Shown one piece after another: positions 28,701-43,700 of a stretch of 64,000 nucleotides of DNA (its first letter is position 1; the number at the start of each line of letters is the position of its first letter). Below the pieces are notes generated by a model, which saw only the letters and a program-made list of their open reading frames with translations, was not told where the DNA came from and ran no database searches. The translations under genes and the position numbers were made by a program. The DNA is from Camelus dromedarius (Eukaryota), in the NCBI RefSeq assembly GCF_036321535.1, contig NC_087436.1, positions 36,644,001-36,708,000 of the forward strand, written 5' to 3'.

Positions 28701-31700
28701 AGATAAGTGAATAGAAGTTAAGCAATTTATACATATTCTGCCAGCACTCAGCTGAAGGCTCACTTTGCTCTGACACTGTAATTGAATCAGAGTCATCCAT
28801 ATGGATAGTCATATGATCCACCACATCTTTTGAACCTTTCCTGGACACTTTTGAAGTTCTTCTTTCAGATCTTCCTAATGAATTTTTGTTCCGAGATTCC
28901 TTTTTGTTATTCTCATTGTTGGTCCGTTTGTTCTTTGCATTATTTACTCTATTGCCACCATTAAGACTTCCTCTAGAGCTACGGCTGAAGTCAGAGGAGC
29001 GAAAATCCCGATGTTTTCTGGTTTTGAAGGTAGGTGTTGGGGAAGCTGACCCAGCTGTATATCTGCTGAGTTTAATGTCAGTCTGAGTCGCTTTGATGTC
29101 ATCTATCATTGTACTAAATTGATGAATAAGACGAACTAAAGCCATATCTACATGCTGGCTTATTGACTGGCAGGAAATAGTAAAGTTGCAGTGAAAGGTA
29201 TTGTAGTAACGCTTGTTGAGATCATGAAAAGAAAGAGCACTGGTAGAGTTCTGAGGGGTGCACACAGACTTTTCCATCACAACAGCACTGATGCTAAAGG
29301 TTTCCAACATTAATGCTGGTTTAAACTCAAGTGGAGGAAGATTCACTTGGCCTTGCCTAAAAAATGTGAAGAAAAAAAAGGAAAGAAAGAAAATGACAAG
29401 ATTTTATTTCCTTTTTTCCAGAACTACAATCTTTATTAACTGATGAGCAAAATAATCTCCAAAGTGAAATACAATGTAAGCCATTTAAATGATTCTCATA
29501 TAACAGGTTATTAAGAAAATGTTGCCACTATTTCTGTTAAATGGAAATTGTCTTCTCATTAAACTATTAAAATTACTTCCTCATTGGCATTAGAAGAAAG
29601 CAAAGTTAAAAAACAGCTAATATATCTTTTGCACAAAATTTTCATAAAAACAACAATAATGCAAGATACCTTCTTGCTCTTTTGCCTTTTCTTTCTTTGG
29701 CTGTGTCGGAATCCACAATATCTGCTCTAAGGCAGTCCAAAGTACCTGAAAATGAAAGATGTTCTCCGAAGTACATTCGGTAGCAGAGTGGCATTGCATC
29801 CTGTGACTGGATCCCTGTATGACTCAGAAGAGGTTTGAAAACAACCTAAAAGACAGAATACTTTTATATTAGATCAATTTATAATCCATCATTTTTACTG
29901 TGGCTTTTTTCTTACACTCTACCTCAGGACATATTACTGTAATGTAAAGCAAAAAAAAAAGTCTTGTATAATAAATATAGCTCTAATATAACTTAAAACT
30001 TAATGGTATTTTTGAGAACCTATTATATGCTACTCATCTTCAAATTAATCATACAAAGATTCCTTGATCCTGCCTGAGTGAAAGTACAAGGTAAATAAAA
30101 ATATGAATTAGTTTAAATCCTTCTACTTGCTTTTTAAAAAAAGCCATGAATATCTATCATGTTTCCATAAGAATATGGTATAAAAGATTCACAAGAGTTT
30201 ATCAATTTCCTGTGTTAATATAAAAACACTTCATATAAGCATCTATTTTTAAATGGTATGACTTGGCTGTAACATAAATTAACATGTATTGTATTTTCTG
30301 ACAAAGAACTTCCTTTACATTTGAAGAATTGTATAATGCTTATGGAAATACATCAATCTGGTTAACTGCATTTCATAGTCGCTGAGAGCTAACGCAGATA
30401 GAAGCAACTATTTGTGTTCAATAGTAGATCACTCTAATCATTCTGATGATTCATTCTCTGCTGCATGGTCCCTTTTCCTCCTTCGACATCCTAAATATAG
30501 ATGCTGTCTATCCAATGCTTTCTTTGACCCCCTTCTAACCCTTTCACTATACATTCTCACTTAATGATCTTATCCTGAAGCTTAGAAAATGCTATCAAAA
30601 TAGACAACAGACAAGTGCACTGAGACCCAAGTTCACATTTGCACTTGTCCCTTAGTCATCTCAACTGTGCTGGGGAAGATTGGCTACTTTCCTGAAGGTC
30701 TGAAAGCCTGGAATGAGAGAATTCAATTTTATTCAACATTGGAAACTTAGGGAGAATTTCTGTCTACCTTGTATATTTGCTTGGCATACTCCTTCTTGGG
30801 TTTACTCTATCTTAGATTTGCTCTTGTAGCCTAATGGAAAAACTCTTTCCTCCTCAAAGTTCAAACTGTCCTTCACTTTTCCGAATCTTTGTCATCTACT
30901 TATGCCCCCTAGTTAATCCTCCAAACCTACCAGGGACTTTGGTTCTTTTCTGTCTCATCCCAATTTATCATTCTGTATGACTTCTTTCACCATGTAGATA
31001 ACTCAACGAATGCTTTAGTTCCAAAGTGACGTGACTTTCTTTTCCCCGAATAATCTTGGCTTAAACTCCATTTCAGCAACTTCCTAGACTGTATATTATG
31101 TCTTATCACCTCATTTTTCTTCCTACGTCTGCTTCTACTCCTATAGCTGAGCTGCTAAGGACAATGAGAGGAAATGATATAACTGCATTAACTGCTACCC
31201 GAACACTAACCTAAACAACGAGACCCTCAGCACTATTTGGGAATCCTTCTAGGGGTCTGTGGTGAGTGAGCTCTCTTTCAGATTCACTCCAACCTTCACA
31301 TATGTCTAAATCACCTTACACAGTTTTTTTTTTTTAAATCTTATTATTTAATACTAATGTCTCTGATAGATTTTAGACTCTTATATGTAAAATAGTAGAG
31401 GTAGCTCTAAAAATGTGTACCAAATGCTACTAAATACAATGAATGCATATACAGGCCAAAACAAACATAACTATTTCTTTTCTCTCTCTTTAAAAAAAAA
31501 AAAAGTGAGAGTCCCTAAAAAGTACTTCAATGTATTGGTGAAGTAAATCTCAAGAAAATTTAAAAGTACCTGACACATTTCTTAACATAAATCACTTTCT
31601 ACTGTGAGAGAAAATTGAAGCTACTAATTTGCATACTTACCTGTACATTTATGAACTGTCCTTATTGCCTTCCCCAAAATTCTCAGAAGGAAAAGTATTT

Positions 31701-34700
31701 TTTATGTCTAAAAGCATCTCCCTCCATAAATGACTCTAAATTCCAACACTTCTCGTCCCTCTCTGAGTCCTACTCTGTCAGTGTACCCTTCTTGCTTTAT
31801 TTTTTCTTTTTGATCAGGACCTTCCTAATTCTTCCTAAGTACACAAATATGCTCAAGTTGCTTTCATCCTGAAAAAGTAGTACCTCTTAATACCCATGTC
31901 CCACTCTCTCATTTGCCTTGTGGTCAAGCTAAAAAGTACATTTTAAAAGGATTTTGTTCTCCACTTTCTACATTTAGTCAATTAAATAAGACCTCCACAG
32001 TATTTCTCTTTTACCTTATCAAAGCCATAACCATCTAAACTAAGAGCTTCATGACCACTTTGTGAGCTACTTCATTAACTCATCTTTTCATCTCTAGTTT
32101 CCGTACTTCAATCCATTGAAAGCACTGCTATCCATACAATATTTCTACATGTACAGTCCTAGGTACTTTTTTCCTCTGTTCCAAAATCTTCAGTGCCTCC
32201 CCACTGCTCACTCATTCTTAACATAGCACTAAAGACTATAAGAAATAATTAAACTTTCTAGTCATGTTACTTAGCCAGTTTGTAGTTCCAAATAACAAAA
32301 ATGTTGCTATATGAGACAATTAACTACATACCACTCTTTGGTTTAGTGAGTATCTATAGATAGTTAATTTGCATTTATAATTAATACATGTACTTTCTAA
32401 AGGCTCCTCCTTTCTTCATGAAGGCTTTAGGCAGAGAGGCAAGGAAAAAGATTTTCACTAGAATTACAAGGTGCACATACTTGATGCTTCCAGTTGCTAA
32501 CTACTGCCTAGTGAGGGGTTATTATAATTAGGGAAAACAGACCAGCTCACCTGTGCATCAGCAAGCTGTACAGCAGGAAACCCTTGGTTGGCTTCTTCTA
32601 CACCTGCTACATCATCCTGACTCGTGCTATGCTGAGAATGTGTCCCATCCAAAGTATTCTGGTCACTAGACAAGACGGTGTTGAAATCTGATGCGGAGGG
32701 TATTGTAGGAAGATTGGGTGCAACACCTGACAGAGTAAATGTTCAAGAATAAAATCTAAATTATTGGGAAATGAAAACCACATACAAGGACACAGCAAAG
32801 TAAACTTATGAAGCCCGTACTATAATAGTATTACCAGACCATTTAAATTGAGAAGAAAAAACCCCAGCACTTTCAGGTTATTTTACAGACATGATTTATT
32901 AATAAAAACTAAAATTAAACTAAATTTTCAGGATATATCAGTCATTCTCATACACGAAATATGTATAAGAGTCAGTCAGACCAGAATATACAAATTTAGG
33001 GCTGGAAGATCTTTGAAAAACACTTGATACCCCATCAGCTTTGCACTGAAGAACAGCATTACAGACAGTAGCAGGGCTACAAAGAGTAGCTGCAGCAGGA
33101 CAGAAGCCATAGGTGTCACAGAACCCCACATATAAATTTCTTCCCAACTGTGCCTTCCCGAGGCGGAATGAGAATGAAACGGCACTATTTCTTTCTTCTG
33201 TACTTCCTTTATCCTTTAACTCCCCAGGCAAAGGAGTCGTGATAGAGAGGAAAAGTTCCTTTCTGGTTCTCTTGAAAGTGAAACTCTGTGCAGTGGTGAG
33301 ACTAGCTCCACAAAAGTGCTCTGAGCTGGTGGACGCACCATCCTTATATCTTCTTCAACCAAGAACTGATACTAAAAACCAGCAAGTCCTTGTGCTCTTA
33401 GAGTTAGAATTAGGATCACTTTCAAATGCAAAAGTGGCCCACAGACCAGCAAAAAAGATGACGGACTAAGTAGTCATATTTCAATCACTTTTCTTAATTT
33501 CATATTTTCTGTCTGAATAGAATTAACTAGTGACCCAAACACCTGTTACACAGATTAATTTCAGCTGCCCTCACTAACTAGAATCAAAGACTACTTCACA
33601 TATTCTTTAAAAATATATATATACATATGTGTGTGTGGGTGTGTATATACATATATATACTTAACAAGAAAATAATACATCTAGTGAATTTGGAAAAATA
33701 GAAAAACAGAAAAAGGATAAAAAAGAAAGGGTGGCTCCACTTATGTTACTAGAAATAGCCACCAATACTTCTCTGTGAATTTCCTACCAGTCTTCCTGCT
33801 ACTTATAAATATTTCTTTCAAATTAATAAAATTTTCTTCATTTATCTCCCCGTCCTTGAGGTCAAGAATCTTACTTTATTCCTTTTACTATTCCTTTAAA
33901 TTCAATTAAATATTTAAGTGACTATAAAGAGTATAAGAACACTAGTTATTATGTCTCAGAGGAATCTGGATAAGCTGAAAATATTTCCTGTACTGTAGGT
34001 ACATGATGTTGTAATTATACTTTACATTTTTTCATTTACCTCCTTTTTGTGTTTTGAAAATTAAACCAGCCACATTAAATGGAAGTTTTAAACTCTTTGA
34101 ATTATATATCATCTGACATTTGACATATCTGCTTTTCCATAAGAACACTGAACAACTGCTTATGGCTCTCTCAATTGCAATATTATCAAAAGCATTTCAT
34201 TAATGGGCCAATTTCAACTAAACACTACTTAAACGTTTGAGATTTTTTAATCATCTTCTGAAAAATAGGATTTTTCTGTAACTTTACATATAACTGTTAC
34301 TCAGACAGTTAAGTGAAATGATCTGACAGCTCAATACCTGTTGGAAGACTATTGTGTCCTGATTTTGTAACAGGAGATTCTTGTATCACACTTCCTCTAT
34401 TACCCACAGCATTTGACATCCAGTTATAGAAACTCACAGATGATGGCTCAGATAACAAGGGGTGTTCAGATAACATATCAGTGGCCATTGTATTTCCTGA
34501 AAATAAAGTTATATTTAGTATTACTTACGTACTACGGAGCAGGAAATGTGATTTATGTAATTATTTTTGAAAAGTCAGGTTAAATCATCTGCCTTTTGCA
34601 CATGTTTTTAAACTTACTGCATGATGTTAGTACTTGGATGGTAAGGCATTAATAAATAAATTATTTTTATTATATTGGGAGGAAATTCACTGTTGGCTGG

Positions 34701-37700
34701 TTTAGACAGCATTCCACACCACACCTAGGTTGACAGCAAACTAAGGGCACGAGATACCAACAAGTTACAAACAGAACAATTTCCCAAAATACTTTCTAAA
34801 AGATAAGGTGTAATACAAAAGACCAGGTATGCAACCAAAGTATTTATCTAAATAAACTTACGTCCTGCTTTTGTTTTCTTAACAACCTACAGAAGTAAAC
34901 TTACAATTGTCAAAACTAAGGATATACCTGTTCTTGTTAGGGAGCTACTTTTCACAGCTGCACTACTTCTCTGAGGAGTCCCTTCCAGGAGGTTGTGCAA
35001 GCTTGGGAAGCTTCCAGTCAGGTAGCTGAGTAGGCTCTCCTTCCTTGGACTCTCCTTAACTGGTACCCCAGTACGTCCAACATGCACCGGAGAATCCGTG
35101 GCAGTGTCTCCACTGGTATAGCTCAGAGAGTGATATGGGTGAATGCCCTACAAAAGGAACAACATGGGGCTCTTTCTTATGCATGTAAAAATGACTGCTG
35201 ATAACCACGACTATTCACTGTCTTTATTACTGCTAGTTATTGTTCACATTAAAACTACTGTGTCTACCTAAACAGTCTGTGTCTACTAGAATTGTAGTGA
35301 ATCTCAAATGTATATAATAAAGTTTTATAACTCTATAGTACAATACAAAGGACAGCGTTTATATGATCATTCACTTAATTACAATGATTAACTCCCTTTA
35401 AAATCAGAAGAGGGAGTCTGGTGGCAAGACTTCTATTCCAAAATTCTTAATACTATACTACCCTTCTTAGGACTCTGATAATGAATTTCTGTGTTAAGAC
35501 TAGATTCTCTGTACAGCTCTAATATGCCAAAAAGAATTTCCAGCAATTCTCCAAGGAAAAACAAAAAAATAAAAAACACACAATTGTCGAATCTCTATCT
35601 GTCCTGTCGCGTCTAAGATTCGAATTCCAGATCAGTTTAAAACAGTACAAAGAAAGACTATGCTTCTGCACAGCAAAGGAAACCACAAGTAAAACAAAAC
35701 GACAACCAGCGGAATGGTAGAAAATTTTTGCAAACAATGAAACCGACAAAGGCTTGATCTCCAGAATATATAAGCAGCTCATACGACTTAATAAGAAAAA
35801 AACAAACAACCCAATCCAAAAATGGGCAGAAGACCTAAACAAGCAATTCTCCCAGGAAGACATACAAATGATCAATAGGCACATGAAAAAATGCTCAGTA
35901 TCACTAATTATCAGAGAAATAAAAATCAAAACTACAATAAGGTATCACCTCACATCAGTCAGAATGGCCATCATTCAAAAGTCCACAAATAACAAATGCT
36001 GGAGAGGCTGTGGAGAAAAGGGAACTCTCCTACACTGCTGGCGGGAATGCAGTTTGGTGCAGCCACTGTGGAAATAGTATGGAGATTCCTCAAAAGACTA
36101 GGCATAGGCTTACCATATGACCCAGGAATCCCGCTCCTGGGCATATATCCAGAAGGAACCCTACTTCAAAAAGATGCCTGTACCCCAGTGTTCATAGCAG
36201 TAGTATTTACAATAGCCAAGACATGTAAACAGCCTAAATGTCCATCGACAGAAGACTGGATAAAGAAGATGTGGTACATTTATACAATGGAATACTATTC
36301 AGCCATAAAAACTGACAACATAACGCCATTTGCAGCAACATAGATGTTCCTGGAGAATGTCATTCTAAGTGAAGTAAGCCAGAAAGATTAAGAAAAATAC
36401 ATATGAGATCGCTCATATGTGGAATCTAAAAAAAAAAAAGAACATAAATACAAAACAGAAACAGACTCATAGACATAGAATACAAACTTGTGGTTGCCAA
36501 GGGGGAGGAGGGTGGGAAGATCTATATAGACTGGGAGTTCAAAATTTGTAGATACTGACAGGTATATGCAGAATAAATAAACAAGACTATACTGTATAGC
36601 ACAGGGAAATATACACAAGATCTTGTGGTAGCTGACAATGAAAATGTGACAATGAATACATGTATGTTCATGCATAACTGAAAAACTGTGCTGTACACTG
36701 GAATTTGATACAACATTGTAAAATGACTATAACTCAATAAAAAAAAATGGAAAGAAAGAAAAGAAAGAAAGAGAGAGAAAGACAGACAGACAGACAGACT
36801 ATGCAGACAGAAAGATCCTGAAAGGCAGAGATCTAAACAAAGCACTTGTAATTTCAAGTCTTTGGAGAAATTTTGTAATCCATAAACAATGCTCAAAAAG
36901 ACTTCTGAGAGAGAACAGCATTAACAGCAAAGACCTAAACATGATCAGAGGGTTTGGAAAAACTGTCAACTAGGAAAAAAGTCTGAGACAGGTTAAGAGG
37001 TTGAGAATTTAAAGTGTGCTGGTCTTGTAACTATACTACAGAAATAGAGTAAGCTTTATAGTCCAAACTTTAAAAAAATGTGTATCAAACCATCATTAAA
37101 TGTTTTAATTAAAAGGGCAATACACACAGAATAAAAACTTCAAAAGCACAAAAGACTAGTTAATAAAAAGTAAGTATCCCCTGAGCTCCAGTCTACTATA
37201 TCCCTTCCCCCAGAAGTCCTCTCAAACGTTTATCTATCCTTCTATAAATAATTTGATTATATAAGCACACATATATTTTTAGCCTTTTTTGACACACAGA
37301 TACATATTGTCCCATACTTTATTTTTACTTTAATCAGTGTACTTTGGTGATGATTCCATATCTACTTAGAGATCTACTTTATCTTTTTGAAGTCCTCATA
37401 ATATGCATTGTATGAGGGTACACTGACTAGTCTCTTAGTCCTCAAAAGGTTAGTCCTTTGTGTTGTTTCCATTATTTTCCTATTACAAATGATGTTGTAA
37501 AGAACATTCTTGGATATATATCCTTGAGTACCTAAGAGCATTTATTTCTTTAGAATCAGTTCCTGGATATGCACATACTGGGTTAAAAGGCATTACCTTT
37601 AAAATTTTATATTTAAAAATTGCCAAACTGTTCTTCAAAGAATTTGTGCCTCTTTGTGTCTGTTTTCTTATATCTTCACCAACATTTACTATCAAACTTT

Positions 37701-40700
37701 TAGTTTTTTCAATCTGACAGGTGGAAATGCAATTTCATTTTCATTTCTTTACTTCTAAGAGAATGCATTTTCACATGTGTATATGTATTTCTCTGTGAAC
37801 TGCCTTTAACTCTTTTATATTTGGCTTTGCCCTTTTAGTGATTAGGAAGAGATCTTACATATTAGGAAATTAACACTTTTTCATATGTCTTTCTATTTTG
37901 TTTACAATACTTTTTTTTTCTGTGTACAAATTTTTATATTTTAATATAGTCAAAATTATAATTTTCCTAATAGATTCTTGGTATTAATTTAAGATTATAT
38001 CTAGACTGTCAAAGGAAGTTAAAATCTTAACATTCTGCTGTTTTCAGTACTCAGAAAAGGAAACTACCAAAAAATAAGTAAGTCACAACACAACAAATAA
38101 CTTATTAAATGCCTACTATGTACCAGGTATTGTAGCATTTTTCTTATATTAACTCAATTATTTCTTAACAGCAACCTTCTGAAGGAGGTTACTATTATAA
38201 TTTCCATTTTAACATACGAGAAAACTGCCACACAGTGCAGTTAAAAACTTGTTCTGTCTCAAAGAAACTAAGTGGTAGAGTCAGGACTGAAACCAAGGCA
38301 GTCTGCCTCCTGGTGTGCTAGTCACCCACTGTGCTATACATATGTTGTATCAAGCATTGGTTACACTTCTTAAAACAAAACAATGTAATTAAAATCATAA
38401 AATAGCCTAACTCAAACTATATACTGATCATGTACTACCTATAAAACTTCTTGTTAAAACTAATAATTCTAAGCTGACCTAACATTCTCAATATTGTATT
38501 TTATTGAAAACAATATTCAATAAATTGAAAAGAGAGCCCTAAGGCTTGGTAGTTAAAGTAGTCCTTGTTCAATATTAAATACTGACTATTGACATAATTT
38601 TCAAAGAAATGTATAAATTAAAAGTTACTAATCATGTTAATTTCAACATAAAAATACTATTTGAATATTTAGGGTCAATACATAATATTTACATTTGAGA
38701 TAACAAAAGTTTAGGTCTTTTCTGTAAGTCTAAGTAACTCTAACCTAAAACAGCAACAATGTACCTTTATTTTTAATGCAGAATCACTATGGGTATGAGT
38801 CTTAGAAAGTTTCCTCATTATCTCAGCTCCAGTCACAGGTCCAGAGCTACCAGGTGGAGGCCGGTTGGCTGTCCCTTCCAGGAGCATTGTGTGTTCGCTG
38901 ACTGTGGCTGAAACAGTTCAAAAGAATAAGAATAGATTACCATTTTCCTAAAATATCAGTTCCAATGTTCCTGGTGGTGTAACTAAACTCAACTTTTCAA
39001 ATTTCTTGACAAATTAATTGTGGGCTCTACTATAATATTCACTCTTCTTTCTTTTAATCATCAAATTCCAATCTTTTCATTCAGTCTTAAGAAAGGAACA
39101 AATAGCTCCGACTCAGTCTTTCACATTTGCCACCCAAATGGTACACAGATCAAAAACCAATTCAACTACCTTGAAGAAAGTATGGAACATTTACAGATTA
39201 ACCTAGGCATTTGCTGATAATTAGAAGGGATGTTTACTGCACGATTCTTTCCATTTTTGTGCAGACGTGAAATTTTTCAAAATAAATAATAAAATACAGC
39301 CTATTCGTGAAGCATATTCATTTGTTAAATACAAACTTTTTAAAAAAATAAAGCGTGGTAAAGTATTATATATCAATGTTATGTATGTAAAGTATTAAAT
39401 ATCAATATCACATATACTTCTGAAACGCATATCTACTACCTGTGTTCTGGCACAGCCATTATAGAGACAGAACTGCAGGCTGAATGCACAACTTTAAACA
39501 CTATACAAAATCAGAGTCAAACAGGCACCACGCAAAATTCAAATCTTTAAAAGACTGGCATAAGGAGCATGATAAGTAAACAAATACAAGTATAAATTTC
39601 AAAAAGAAATTCATGTGTTTCACTCAAAACATTCTAGCTATACAAAGATTGCCTGTTAACTGTACTGGGTAGATCAGAGAAGTAATCTAATGTATTTCAC
39701 AAAATTAAACTTAAAAGTCAAGTCTGTATAAAGATTCCAACATTATTACCATTTATTTGGACTAAGACAAATCACACTTAACTAAGCCATGACATTTTCA
39801 AATTTGGGACCACATTTGGGGCAAAATTTCATATTTGGGACAAAAGTTATTAAAATTATCACATGTATTTGGATACCAAGTACATGATATCTGGCTAAAA
39901 TATTTACAAAGTTACCTGCATCAAATTCAAATTCTGCTCCATCAGCACTGGTATCACTTTGAAGACCACCTCCATTGTCCAGCCCAAGTCCATCTTCATG
40001 TTCATGGTCCACAGCTGACTGAGGTTTCAGGGGCTGAGCTGGTCGATGTAAACTAACTCCTTTAAAGGCTGGTGTCACCACAATAAACTTCATCCATTGC
40101 CTTGCCAGTGCAACTAAGCCTTTCTTTAAAGTTACCAAAGCAGGAAGGCCATCACTCTATGACAACAATTAAATGGTTAGGAGTAATCTTCCTATAACAA
40201 AAAGTTATTATTTAAGTGTTCTGCATACATTCATTTAAATCTCAGAACTCCCATTTAGAGATGAGGAAACTAGAATTTACACATTAAGTAATTTGTCTAA
40301 GGTTACATAAGAGTCAGTATTTCAAGCTGACTACAGAACTCAATCTTGGAACACAATGTTGCATCTTTCTGTCATAAGCAACATAGCAGTACCAGGTGAG
40401 TAAGAGACTAAACATGGGGTATAAAACTGGGATTCTCCTTAAGAAGCATTCAATCCACTTTACCTGTTTCGTTCAACTGAAGAATTAAATGTATTTTGTG
40501 CTACTTGGAATACTCATTAAGCAAAGAAGAAATGAAATTATTTCCTTCAAAGATTAGGTAACCACCTCCATTTTAACACTAAAATAATAAGTTACTATAG
40601 TAAAATGTGGGACATTGATGGATTTATAGCCACTTTGAAGCTTAAATGTTTTATCAGTAACAGTTACATAATTTAGAATATATTTTGTTCCATATGGTAA

Positions 40701-43700
40701 TGACTAAAAGAAAGAAAATTTGCCTATTGGAGCCTCAGCCTAAGAGGAAAATATCCACTTCCTCTCCCTCCCCTTTCCTACAATTCCTTGTGCTAGAGTA
40801 ATGGCTTTGACTGAAGAGAGCCCTTCATTAGATGACAGGAATCACCTCATTCACATTCTGAGGAACATCAGGTTCCTCAGCCTGCCCCTTCATTCCTGGA
40901 CTCACAAGTCGTCTTGTGTTTCCTCCTCTTACATGGAAAGCACATCTAAGCAGTGCATCCATCCACAGGAAATGCCTGCCCTCTTCTCTGTTCTAGTTTC
41001 TCTGCCTGTGACTAGATGGGCAAGTTAACCTTGCACTATGGACCTCCCAGTCTTTAATTCACAAGCTGAGAGTAGAAAGCACTACACCAGCCTCAGGTCT
41101 AAGTACCTTTATCAAATCCGTAATTTACTATGGATTCTTTCACCAGAGGTCATCAGGAGCTTGACTGGACATTAGTAATACTGATACATTGATTCCTACT
41201 TTGGCTAAAGGTTCTTGTGTATTCTCTATTGACCAGAAGCTTGGAGAGGAGAGCGGAAGACTCCTCGAGCTCTAAGCGCCCTAATCATGATGTGTTATCT
41301 TTCATAGGGCTTTGCTGGTGCAGAGATACAGTGTATTTACTTCAGACAATTATAAATTCTCCCTTCAATCATTAAGCAGTCCTCATTTTATTAAGCATTT
41401 TTGCTGAAATTTGACTCTAATGATTACTCTCTTGCTTGAAATTCTTTATATCCTTGGCTTCCAAGACCTGTTTTCCTTGTTCTCCTACCTCTCCTGTCCC
41501 TCCTCAGCACGCTGTGTACCTCTGTGCACCCTCTCCATTCCCCTTTAGTTTTGGTATTCTTTAGGGATCCATCCTTGACCAGTTTCTCACTCAACACATC
41601 AACCATATCCACAGCTTCCAACACCTTCATGCCGGCAACTCCCAAACCATTCACCTGAGTCCAATCTTGTCTACAAGCAAAGAGATATTTCTAACCAAAT
41701 TTCTCCTTTGGACTTCCTATATGCATCTCAAACCCTGTGGGTCAATGGCTACTCAACAGAATAGAGGCTTTTTTAAAGCTAACATACAGTTCCAGTAACT
41801 CACCATTGTAGCATCATCAATGATGGAGTAATTGGCTTGGTGCAGGTAGTGATGTAGTATATTGCACAGTAAACATGAAGGATTTTCTTGGAGAAAGCGG
41901 GCAACTTTTGTAAGTCTGTTGTATTTACTTCTTAAGGGAAAATGTACACTTTTATTCTGAAAAAAGAAAAAACCACAGATTTAGAATGATAGAGCAAAGC
42001 TATGACAAACACAAGGTGTCCAGTAATTAAGAGCTTGCAGGTCTGATGTTTTCCAACAACAACGAACAGCAAGGGATCACTGTCTACAGCAAACTTTGTA
42101 TGATGCCTTGCGTTGTTCAAAGACATACCTCTAATGCTTCTGTCATTATGCATCCCATAACAGCACAAAGTCTCAAGGTTTCTTCGGTTTCTAATTTGTT
42201 TAAGGATGACTTGAGTTGATCAACAGGAACAAGCCACGCACCAACAGCTGGAGTCGCTGTGCTTAAAAGGTTCAGTTGCCTTTAAAAATTAAAAAATTAT
42301 AAAAACAATTGTCAAGATTTGTATTTCAAACAATCTCCTGTACCTACTGTACTGAGTGGCTATTTTATCCAGGCAAAATTATTCTGACCACCAGATAAAT
42401 TATGAACATACAAGTTCATAATGCAAAGAATAAAATAATAGAAAAGAAAGAAAAATATAAAAGCCTAGTAGAGGTGATGTGTAAAAATAAAACTAAAACC
42501 CTAGGAAATGAAAAAGGGTCAAAAAAGCTGAGAATAATGTTTACACAAAATATGAAGCAGGAAAGATGGGAAAAAAGTGGCAACCCTAATACTAGATCTA
42601 ATAGAAAAACAATTCAAAAAAAATACATGAAACAGAATTGTATGTCATTTAAACAAAAGAAATATCAAGGGATAGTATTATATTTTTTTAACTTTTTACC
42701 TAGAAAATGAATGTGCAGGAGATCTCACATTGGTGGGAGCTGCAAAACTAAACCAAATTTCCTTGATGGTCAACTTCATGCTACATGAATCTGGAGGTGG
42801 AGGCATTAGAGGCAGATCTTTTTTCAAATCATCAGATTCAACTCCTTCATCCTATATAAAACAGAATACCCCAAACCTATTAATGTATAGACCCTTAAAA
42901 CCACTAGCACAGAAGGTAACTAACATATTAAGCATAAAACCTTTCCATCAAACCAAATTCTATAGGTAACACCTTGATATAAAAAAGATAACGTAAACCT
43001 TGCTCAGCCTAACCCTTATCCTGAGAAATACCTATGGATCCTTGAAGCTCTAAGAAGCAAAGTCTGAAAAACCACTGCATTTTAACAAACCATAAGCCAG
43101 AGATCTTAGAACTAAGGGGTTTCTCTTAATCATGTCATTCAATCACATTTCTTTAGAGATACTGTGTTTTGTCTTGTTTTGTTTTGTTTTCCTGGATGAA
43201 GAAAGTGAAAGAAATTTTATGACCTGGCAGAGGTCACCCAATTATTAAGTGGGAGAATGAGTGATAGCATTAAGGACTTCTGCTTCCTACTGCAATCTTT
43301 GTTTCACTCTGTTTTAACAACATGTTTCAAACTTCCAAATAAAGTGCCATAAAAAGAAATACTATTATAGCTTATGTTCAAATAACTGAGAATTTTTAAT
43401 TGTAGAGTTATTTATCTTACATGCTAGTAAGCCTGAATCTGACAAATAAGAATATTTCCTAACTGTGTAATCAACAGTCTTCAAAATGCAGGGAGGTAAG
43501 AAACATAATGTTAAAGAAACAAAAAGGTCTGTTGCCTGTTACATCTGTTTACAGGTCTCTAATTCATTTTCAGATATTCTTGGTCAAAATAAAGAAAAGA
43601 CTGGCATTTTCTTGTGGGATGATTAAGGAATGAAGAGTATCCAAAAAATAGCTTTAAACCCTAAGTGTTAAAAGACAATGTGAACTTGTCTTTAAAATTA

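Noticed and set aside
35754..36343. ORFs resembling a reverse-transcriptase protein C-terminus
   Set aside because: Frameshifted fragments of a 5'-truncated L1 ORF2, not a functional gene.
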